DNA of 64,000 nt, from the NCBI GenBank assembly GCA_044892505.1, contig CM097882.1:294066001-294130000 (forward strand), read 5' to 3'. This document shows, piece after piece, positions 24,338 through 35,500 of this stretch; the first letter of the stretch is position 1, and each line of letters opens with the position of its first letter. The notes below the pieces were generated by a model. That model was given only the letters and a program-made list of their open reading frames with translations. It ran no database searches and was not told where the DNA came from. A program made the position numbers and the translations under genes. Source of the stretch: Schmidtea nova. Lineage: Eukaryota.

Positions 24338-25571
24338 CGACTCAGCAATGGAGTTTGTGCCCATCGAAAGCGATGTCAGAAAGCTCGATTCCTGGGCAGT
24401 TCTGTAAAGTATCGATCAAAACGATTGACCTATACATTACTGATTAATAATATGAACAATCTGTGTACAAATTTTGTATTTTTACCTCAATGTGATTATA
24501 TGTATTGTATTTACGAGTTATTTCCAAGTTGAATGAATGGATTGATTGATATCGCGACTGTTTGAATGATGTTGTAGCGAAATTTGGTGAACAACGAAAT
24601 ATTTAGAAAATGATAAAGACATTTGGCTTCATTATTTTTAATTAAATCGTATGATAACAACTCGTCATAGATCTTGAGACAAATTACCGTGACGTGATTT
24701 TCTTCCTTGCAATCGTCGTTTATAACTTCAACAGGAAATAATAAGGTTAATGTCGAATAAGGGACAAATTGGGCGCGAAACTTTCTATCGGTAGCCCTTG
24801 AATCCCAGGAAATGTTGGGTCAGTCCTAGTTTCGAATTTTTCGAAACTCACTGTTTGTGAAAATCCACCCATTTATTGCATTACCAACGTTACAATGTGA
24901 CGGGCAATTAAACTAATGTTTTGCATGTTAAGTTATTGATGTGAGCCATAACAACATCAAGGTCATATTGACGGTCAACAACCCACCATTTTTATTCAAT
25001 AAAATTTTTGTCACAAGTGCCTTCAATTGTATTTTTCATTACTATAGTAAAAATAAGGCAAAACAATGAGGAATTCCATTTGAATAAGAATAGCGAAATA
25101 TAGAAACATTCGATGAAATGCGAAATTATATTATTTAAATTTTAAAAATTTGTTAGCCCAACAGGAACATAGGTGAACCTAGTCACGAATCCTACAATTT
25201 TTTAGTTATTGTAGTTTGTAAAAAAATTTTCATCCTACAAGTGTCTATATTTCAGCAAAAAAATTGCTCAAAATCAAAAATAGAATGAATTTAAATTAAT
25301 CAACTCACAAAAATTAATTTTTATTAGCTCTTTGGTTAAGGACTATTTTTAAAGCATATATACAAAACGCATACGTATGCATGTAGAAACGAAATGGTTC
25401 AATTAAATTTAAATCTACTAAATTAGTAGTACTAATGTTTTACATTAATACCATGTATAATTTGTTAGATTAAAGTTTGTTTAAAGTTCAATAAATTTTG
25501 AACTATTTCAAAAAATATATATAAATGTGCACTTATTTTACTGTTAGACAAATTTATTATCTTTAATTTAG

Positions 25572-25838
25572 ATGAATAATTCGACCGAAGCAAAGCAAGT
25601 TGTTCAAAAGCCAATAATTTATGTTTGTGGAGGTCAGTGAGTAATTTATATATTATTCAATTAACCAATGATATAGAATGTCGGAAAGACATCGAAATGA
25701 AGCCAAAAGATATTATTAGATGCAGTGAATGTGGCTGCAGAATTTTATTTAAAAAACGAACATTGAGGCGTATGTTTTGAAAGTTATTTTGCATTAATAA
25801 TTTTCCTTTATTCAGTGAGCGTTTTCGAAGGTCGTTGA
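25572..25838 (+). CDS. POLR2K: RNA polymerases I/II/III shared subunit RPABC4/RPB12, 58 aa; exons 25572-25632, 25677-25769, 25816-25838
   Basis: [58 protein letters not shown]; C4 zinc ribbon; GT-AG introns of 44 and 46 bp keep the frame; AATAAA downstream. Confidence 0.97.
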
Positions 25839-26862
25839 TATGTTGTAAAATAAATGTTTTTCAGTTTTATCTATCATTATTTATTGATTTTGGTTTTAAA
25901 TAAATCAATTTACTGTTAATTGAATATCTGAATGATATGAGCTGGTTAATGTCATCATTGATACTTTTTGGTACCTGTACATTTATAAATTTTGAATGTA
26001 AAATAAAATTATTTTTAAAAATCTTTACAAAAATTAAATTCTCTAATCATGTTATTCAGAAGTCCTCGTTTTATGATAGGAAAATTTCAGCATAGTAAAT
26101 TGCATTTTAAAGCTTTTTGCTTGATATAATATTACATTTCTAAAATTAGTCAATATATATCTATTTAAATAATTATGCAATCAATTATTTTTAAATGCTT
26201 GAGACATGTATTTGACTTTTAATAAAAGAATTTTTTCCAGGAAAGCAAGGAATAATTTAAGACAAGATAAAATGCACAAATCGATGTACGCATTAAGGTC
26301 GCAAAAAAATTATTATTCATGCTGTCGGATCAAGTCAAAATAAGGTTGTCTTGTAATTTCATAACGATTACATGCTTTTGTTTGTCATTAATATCTTTTA
26401 TTAAACGTATTCAACAATTGAACTGAATCATTTTTTAATATTATTTCCCATACTGCCTTTGTTGATATTGATAAAACGAACATTTACATATCAAATTTTT
26501 TCAATTTCAAAATAAATTTGATACATGTGATTTATTAAGTTAAAGTTCTATGACATGCTATAATAAACGTATCTGATTGATCATTTTCATTTTGTTGATA
26601 TTAAAGGCACATTTTTAACTGAAAATGTATTATTTTTGAATACGTTTATTTGGATTTGTTTTGAAGGAAAGAAAAATGGATGTAATTTTTGTTTAAACGC
26701 ATCAAAATTTAAATATACACAAAAAGAGGATAATTTAAGGCACATGAAAATACAAAAGCATTAGGCACAAAATAGCACAAAAGTATATAGAATATTAAAG
26801 CGCAAATAGTAGTAATATGAACCGCATTCTATAAGTCGGTCCAGTTAGGGAGAAAACGGTAG

Positions 26863-27420
26863 ATGGACAAACTTATGAGTCATGGATGGACGACAGAAAA
26901 ATTAAAAGAACAGCTATTGGTATATTGTTCCGTGGAAAAGAAGCTGATAATGAAATTATGCGCAGATGAAATCGGAGGTACTGAAAAAATAAAAAAGAAG
27001 ATCAATAAATTACACAAAGTTAGACAAATGAGCGAAGAGATTTACACGGAAAAGGAAAGAATACCCGAAGGAGAGATAAATAGAAGCTACAAAGATGTCA
27101 CCATAAAAAATAATAGATATGTCGAACCGGAAAATAGAACCAGAAGATATAGAGAGAACGTAACTCTAGATAATAATATTATAAAATGCTTTTGTTGCGG
27201 ACCAAGGCCATGTAGAAAGGGAATGTCAAAATAAACAATTAATAAGCATCGAGTGTTATGGATGTGGACAACAGGGGCATACCCAGATAGAGTGTCCAAA
27301 TAGGCAGCGAAGAATTATTACATATTATGCATGTAGAAAACAAGGACATATTCAGAGAGATTGCCTGAAAAGACAAAAAAATCGTTACATATTATGCATG
27401 TGGAGTAGAAGGACACGTTA
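26863..27420 (+). pseudogene. Gag-like fragment with about four tandem CCHC knuckles, frameshifted and truncated
   Basis: CFCCG/QGHVEREC, CYGCGQQGHTQIEC, YYACRKQGHIQRDC, YACGVEGH; ends at the pLTR palindrome. Confidence 0.75.
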
Positions 27421-27429
27421 TATATTCCT

Positions 27430-27469
27430 CACAATATATTTCGAGAAATTAATTCTCTTCATCAGGTGC
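27430..27469 (-). ncRNA. Minimal type-I hammerhead ribozyme motif, family B
   Basis: Minus strand GCAC-CTGATGA-A-GAGAA(TTAAT)TTCTC-GAAA-TATAT-T-GTG. Confidence 0.8.
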
Positions 27470-28298
27470 TACCCAATCTTACATTCAACTATAAATCAAA
27501 TAAATCGATTTTTCAAACAAATTAATATTAATTTTTAAAATAAAATACATATTATAAATTCCATATATCAGTCAAAAAATTTAAAACAATTAAAAATTTT
27601 TTAATTTAAATTAATTAATCTTAAAAATATAATATTCTTTTTATTACAAAAAAATATTTTTTTAAGAATATATTATAAATATTTCTATATTTATAAACAA
27701 CAGAATGACTGAAAACAAAATCCACAATCCTCAATTGAAAATGTTCTAATACTCGAGTACAGAAAAGTCGGTCAGTCTTGTCAAAAGTATGTGGCATTTC
27801 GCCCATGACGTTTGAAAAATTAAACGAGTATAGAACACAAATCAAAAGAAGAAAATAAACATCATCAACAATCACATCAGTTAATTTACTTAAATCACAA
27901 AAAATGAGGCAAACAAACGCACCCAAAATTCTTACACTCACATATTCACAAACATCGACATGACTGAAAACAACACTACATCCCATTAATTTTTCAAACG
28001 TCTTTTCTGTACTCGAGTATTAGAACATTTTCAATTGAGGATTGTGGATTTTGTTTTCAGTCATTCTGTTATTTATAAATATGGAAATATTTATGATATA
28101 TTCTTAAAAAATATTTTTTTGTAATAAAAAGAATATTATATTTTTAAGATTAATTTATTTAAATTAAAAAAATTTTAATTGTTTTAAATTTTTTGACTGA
28201 TATATAGAATTAATAATATATATATATTTTTAAAAATTAATATTAATTTGTTTGAAAAATCGATTTATTTGATTTATAGTTGAATGTAAGATTGGGCA

Positions 28299-28339
28299 GC
28301 ACCTGATGAAGAGAATTAAGTTCTCGAAATATATTGTGC
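28299..28339 (+). ncRNA. Minimal type-I hammerhead ribozyme motif, family B
   Basis: GCAC-CTGATGA-A-GAGAA(TTAAG)TTCTC-GAAA-TATAT-T-GTGC; canonical core, 5-bp stem II, 4-bp stem I; predicted cut after 28335. Confidence 0.85.
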
Positions 28340-28379
28340 AAAATATATATTTGGATTGGCGTTTGTTTTTAATTATTTT

Positions 28380-28468
28380 AGTGCCATGTTTGTTGAGTTA
28401 TGTAATAATAATAATAATGGTAATAATGATATTATTAATAATGATAATAATAAAAAAATATTAATTAT

Positions 28469-28509
<41 letters not shown>

Positions 28510-29521
28510 TAATAATGAAAATAATAATGAAAATAATAATAAGAATTGTTGGGCGAAAACTGCAAATTGTTTAAATGAAGCGGTAACACAACAAGTAGAG
28601 AGCGCGCAAGATTCTAATTTGACCAAAGCATTAAGTAAAATCGAAGTAGTTAAGTGAAAACCCACCTAAATATTAAAGTGGACCAAAGTGCATTACCAAG
28701 TCAAGAGCGCGCAAGACTCTAATCTAAAGTCCTTTAATCAAAACATCAAGGAAAAATCAAAATGGTTAAAAAAAGCACGTCTAAAAGGCTTGAATAGACA
28801 AAAAACACATCGAATATGCACGTGGAGAACGCGTTCATGATATAAAACCTCGGTTGTGGAAATATAGCATGTTTGGAGAAGGAAGATTACGATTTTATCT
28901 TAAAAATTCGTAAAAATATAAAAGAAAATGATTTTGATTGAAATTGCAACAAATTAAATCAAATTAGAATAAACTTCAAAAGTAAAATTTTGGATTAAAA
29001 AGAAATTATTTAAAGTTTTATGAAAGTTTGATGTAAAATTATTAATTTAGTTTAACGGAAAATTGTTGAAATTAATTTCAAGAAAATTAGAAACTCCTTC
29101 TTGAACGATTTGTTTTAATACCTCAATGGAAATAAAAATGCAGAAAAATTTATATAAATACCGCCATTAAAATGGAGAGAATTAGCAAATGCTATTTTGC
29201 AAAAGATTTGCGGAGGAATTTTTTTGCTAAAAATTTTGAGGTTTTTAGCAGGGAAATTTTAACAAAGAGTCTCTTACTACTGATATACCAGTGTGACTCT
29301 ACCAGAATATTACGAAAGAAGATTATTTGTGGTCATGAATCGAATCATTCGTAAGAAACTTGATTTTGTTTCCTAATTATAAAATCCCGAGAAATCATGC
29401 CCTCGCTACCCGGCCTAAGTATTTTTCTTTATTTTAACCTTAGTCTATGTGTACTATATGATATTTTATGTATTCTTTTATGAAAATTATAATTTTTTAT
29501 ATTCATTTTATTGTTATTTAT

Positions 29522-29552
<31 letters not shown>

Positions 29553-32500
29553 TTATTTATATTTTTTTATGTATTTCATTAAAACCACTTTCATACCCTC
29601 TGACATCCATTCAGGCCTTGAGCCGTACGAGTGAAAGTAGTCTGAGCGAATCGCTGTTCGATTCGTAATTGATCAGCCCATTTTTCCGACTTCAGGCGAT
29701 ACGCCCAAACATCCATGATCACTTCATCCCAACTGGGGAACAGTGGCTTGGCCAAGGGCAAGGTTTTTCATATTAATGATCATCAATTTATATTAATGTA
29801 TTTTTATTTGAATTATATTTTACAACATACAGCAAATTAAGATTTTATATCTTGATGAAAATCAACGTCAATTCGTCCAGTGTTATCTTTATTTCCATCA
29901 AACTTATTAGTATAAAACACACAGCTCGTTATTCGCCTTCGCATTCGCAAAAACCTTTTTATCTCCTCAGAACTTATGGAGGTTGAAACTATGAAAATTG
30001 TTAGAAACAGATGCTCAAAGATCAATATTGTTGAGTCCACCATTTGACCAACATTTGATTAAATAAATAAGACTAATAGTAAAAAAATAAATATTATAAA
30101 GTAAGATAATACTAGCGGAAGAAATTTAAATATAATGATTTAGAATGAATAGAAAAGAAATAATTAGCGAAATAAAAAGAACAGAAATAAATATGATATA
30201 TTTAAAAAGATCGAAAAATATAAGTTAAAAGTAAAATATATATTTATGAAATACAATTAATAATTAATAAGAAATAAAATAAGAAAATAAATAAAATTTT
30301 ATTTGGTGAATTAAAACAAAAATTAAATTGTTTTTATTTTTAAATAAATTGGTATTATGATCATCAGCTTCACGCTGATTGGTCGGTGTGCTGATCGGTT
30401 CAGTATAAATACTGAACCAGAATCAGACAATTTAACACTTAAATTTTGTGATTTTTTGATCAAGAAATTTTGTTAGAAGAATTTTTGTTTACTACTGAAG
30501 GTACGAATGATTTTATTTTTGTATTTTAATATTGATTTCATGATTTCTGTATAATGTCTTAGCACGAATAAACTTTAATAAATCTAATACTTATATTTTG
30601 CCATTTATATTATTATGATACATATGAAAGTGCGCTCCTTCCACTGTGTAATCGGTGGAAGGAGGCGAAATAAATTGTTTTATAAATTATATGATGTTTA
30701 AAGATTAAACGGGGCTCCTGTCCACCGAGCAATCGGTTGAAGGAGGCAGACTTCGCCGAGTGGATTAGCTACTCCGTGAAGTTAGGCCGTCTTCATGGTA
30801 TTAAGTGTCATGAAGAGGGTAGGATTTTTTAATGATTTATTACTGAGCAGTATAGCCAAATTACTATAATTTTTACATTATCAAATATCTAGTATAATTA
30901 ATCAAGAACTGAAAGAATTTTATTATTTATTAAATAACTTATTTTTACCGACACCGAGGTTTTCTTTTTGAGATTGCCGTCGAGGGTTTGAAGCGGGTGA
31001 CGGCTGATATTTTCTGAAGGTGAAGGGTGTAGTCTGTTGAACACTTCCAAGGGCGATATCGTCCAGGTGACTTAGCTCTGCTATCGGATAAAAGGGTAGA
31101 CACCAACTGATAGTGACTGAATAATGATTAGATGTCCATGTCGAATAAATCGAGGTAGATGCTCACAATTAGAGTAGAGCAGATTTTAAAAATCCAAATC
31201 TTTGTAAAGGGTATCGTAGTAATCGGTGGTAGAAATGAGTGAAATCCGAACATTCTCCATATCAATTATGATTTCTGATCCATAACAAATAGAACAAATT
31301 AAAGTCATCACAGCTGAACTAAAATTATGCACATTGAACCGCAGGTAGGTAGATCCATTCCGATGTCAGCGTTAGTGTGGGTAGCCCGTAATGACCTACC
31401 GTATCTCATATTGATCGATCAACCAACTAGTGACAAAAATCAATGAAAGAAAGAAATTAAATTTACTATCCTGATCCCTGTACATAGTGCAAAAAAACTT
31501 ATTTTTATATTTTGTAAATTATCAACCTGATTGCTGTAGATAGCACAGCTACAACCGAATACAATAAATAAATTATCTGATCGCTGTGCATAGCGACAGT
31601 GTTGAAATATGGAATGTATTTTACTTCACTCCTTAGTTGTAATATGATGGTCAAATAAACCTCAAGCAATCTTCAGAGGAAAGCATGAAACAGAACCTAT
31701 CAATGTAATACTAATCAGCCGTAATTTATCCATCAATAATTATTGACCCTAATTGATTTCAGAAAATGGCAAGCAATCCAACGAATCCACAAACAGAACT
31801 AGATAAGGCTTGGCGAATCGTTCGCAGCCTTGAGAAATAAATTGACAGAACCACCGGAAATTTAAAAACAGCTGAAGCCACAATTTCTCATTTTCGAACC
31901 AGTTGGTTCAGCCCTGAGCAAATGAAGATCCAAATCACAAAGAATCAGCGAACCCAGAGAGCCGTGGAAGAATACCGAACTGAACTCGAGGCAACAAGGA
32001 TCGAGTTGAGGAAATACCTCAAGGCGGTCACAGCATCGTTCATAGACCGCGAGTTAAAACAGTTAATCCGGCCAATTACCTATCAACATTGGTCAGAAGA
32101 GAAAACAGGATGTTCAAAGGGAACAAATACTGAAGGACCATCGCAGGTTCGGGAAATGGAAAATCCAATCATACCGAAAAGCTCATCAACAATCGAAATT
32201 AAAAAGAAAAAGAAAAACAAGATGGGGGCAAGACAACGACGGTGGAAGAAACAATTTGCGCAGCAAATGATCCAGGATAATGATGACCTTCCTGAAATCG
32301 ATTTATCGACAGACTTTGTTACTTTTGATGACGATTTTTTGAAATTTTTTGAATAAATTTTGTTAAATTTAGTTAACTAAAGCTTATCGTTTTGTAAAAA
32401 TTTATAGTTTTGTTATATTTTCTTTTGTTGTGCTCATATTTGTAAAGTAGGTAAAATAAAGTGTTTATTAAAAATTAAAATTAAATTAAATCAAATACAA

Positions 32501-35500
32501 ATTACATTGACAAAAGTGCTAACACAACTCGCTAAATGACAAATATTAGGAATATAAAACCCAGATATATAAACAATTATTCGAATTATCTGTTGATATT
32601 GTAAAGAAGGAGGCAGGAAAATTAAAATGAAAGATAAAGAATTCAGAGGAAGTAAAATGAAAGTAAACCGTAAGTCCTTCTATCGGCAGCAATGGACCCG
32701 TGAACATAAATGGGGAGTAGTTCTAGTAATAGAGCTCACCTGCCCATCATTGTTCAAAAACCTTGCACATTTCCAACTCTATTATCCAGGGAAATAGTCG
32801 AGGGTGCTCGTATGTCGTGAATGCATTTTATGTTTGGTCTTGGATGGAGGCATCCTTAAATCGTTTATCTTTTGTTTTAACCCATCCAGGACCACAACAA
32901 TATAATTATTTAGATCACGACCGAAGAAGTGAATAATTGTGGATTTATAAAAAATCAAACCTCATAGAATTATAAAATTACAAAGATTTGTTCAAAAACA
33001 ACAGCTCAATGATTATTAGAAATGCTTCGAACATGTTAATTGATTCCATCTATTTGAACTTCATTAAACCGAAGACTTTTGTAAAAGTTTATAATAAATT
33101 TTCAGAGATAATTAAATATATAATTCTTTTATTGAATTACTTAGATTTGTGAAATTTGTGAATAAAAATTTTATTATTATATAAATTTTATAAAATTTTT
33201 AGATTTGATTATAAAAATAAAATTTTACTTTTATAGATATTATGTTATGAAAAAATTATAATATAAAAATTATAAATCAAAAAGTTTCCTAGAAATTCTT
33301 ATACGTAAAAATTATAAAAATTATTCTAAATTTGAAATTTCGTAGAAAAATTTTCAATTAATATAAATGTATATCCTTAAGATATAAAAATTCAAAAATT
33401 TATAAAATAAAAAATATATAAATTATATTATTATATAATTTTTATAAAATTATAAATTCAAAATTTGTAGAAATTATAAAAATTATTATTAATTTTAAAA
33501 ATATTTTATATATAAATATATATTATTTTATAAATACCCAGCCCCCCCCCACGGTATCGCGAAAATCATGATACATCAATATTTGCAAAACCTTATATCC
33601 ATTTCATTCATTAGTAAGATCCATATATAATACCATACAAAAATTCATTAGAACATCAACACAAATACTATATCTTTTCACTCAATAGTACCTATCTGCA
33701 TCAAAACCCATAAAATACACACCCAAAATTTATTTAATAACATGTGTTTGCATCGTACGTCCAGAATTCATACAGACACCCACTTAACCACATTCATATC
33801 TACCTCGTTTAATTCATCTAACTGGTGGGTTGTTGATCGTCAATATGACCTTGACGTTTCTATGGCTCTCATCAACAACTCAGCACATAAAACATTTAAA
33901 CTACCATCTTGTTACCCGTCACTATGTAACGTTGGTACTGTAACAAGTGGGTGGGTATTCGCAATCAGTGAGCGTCGTCAATACGAAACTATGATTGACC
34001 GAATATCTCCTGGGTCCAAGGGCTACCGATAGAAGGTTTAATGCCCATTTTGTCCCTCCTTTAATGATTGATCTATAAGCATTCAACAAAATTTTATCGG
34101 AAATTCAACATAAACACTCTACACAACTATAAATTCATTATTGCATCCAAATAAATTATTCCGAGCATCAAAAACACTAATATAACCCTATATTTTACCA
34201 ATATTGCATTTTATGATAATTAATACATAAAATATTATATTTTTATAGAAAAATTTTAATCTGCATTTGAAATTTAAGAAAAATTTTAATTATTACCGTA
34301 ATTTTATCCAGTTTAGAAATAATAAAAATAAAATTTCCGTTTGTTTAAAATTGCTAATTTAATCAAAAGGACAAATTTACTCAATTTAAAAATCATATTA
34401 ATTTTAAATGTAATTTTCTGAATTTTTTCACTAAATTGATTAATTAACGATTTCTATAGTTCAGATCAACAAGAAATGGATCTCTCCAGAAACTACGAAG
34501 CCAGAGGAAAATTCTCCCACCCAAAATAGGTCAAAGAAACCAGAATTCCAGCTCCTACGAAGCAAAATTGCCCACTCTATCGACCAAGTAAAAATTTTGA
34601 TTATTTTAGAATTATAATTTATTTTGAACAATTTTAGAAAATTTCTTGAGGAGAATATGTTGGAACTGGCCCTTCAAGCACTGTAAACCGGAAAATTCCT
34701 TGTCGGAGAATCTTATCCCTCAAACGGAATGACCGTCAATTTTTATCAATAAATTTTTAGATAATTTTTTCCGTCTTTACTCTTTTTCGTTTGAGTTTTT
34801 ATTATTTTTATGAAATTTTTGTAAATGGGAAATTAAAATAAACTGTAATGTAAATGGCCTATTTGATGGTACTAAGTTTGGCTGGGTATATTTAATTTTT
34901 TATGGTATGGTTGAATGATAGATATAAGTGAATGAAATTTTTGTATGGTTTTTCTGGATTTGTGATGCAGACTAACATAACTGTGTAGAATTTTCAGTAT
35001 GGTTTGCCTGTGTGTATATAATTGTTGAATGTTAATAAATGATACTGTGTATGTGTGTATATTGTATTTTAAATAGATGTTGCTTGTGTATTAGTATGGA
35101 AAATGTTATTGAATGAAATGGATGTAATTTTTTGCAAGTAGAGATGCGTTATGATTTTGAGATATCGTGGGGTAGTTATATTATACTATATATAAATTAT
35201 ATAAAATATTTTTAAAATTAAAATAATAATAATAATTTTATTTTAAAATAATAATAATAATTTTTATAATACTTTTTACAAATTTTTAAATTTATAATTT
35301 TATGAAAATAAAATTTCTAATTTTTATAATACACATTTTTATAATACTTTTTATAAATTTTAGATTTATAATTTTATGAAAGTAATATAATAATAAAATC
35401 TCTAATTTTTATACATTTTTATAATACTTTTTATAAATTTAAAATTTATAATTTTATGAAAGCAATACAATAATAAAATTTCTAATTTTTATAATATACA

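Larger units (their letters stand above)
27421..28350. repeat. Inverted pair of ~350-bp PLE-type pLTRs (27421-27769 and ~28003-28350), each with a hammerhead at its outer end
   Basis: Arms ~95% identical by eye with a ~230-bp spacer. Confidence 0.85.

Noticed and set aside
28356-28665. Poly-Ile/Asn and poly-Leu ORFs
   Set aside because: Translations of (AAT)n microsatellite
34460-34740. AG/GT-flanked 123-nt open segment at the palindrome centre
   Set aside because: Next candidate exon gives an immediate stop; unresolved
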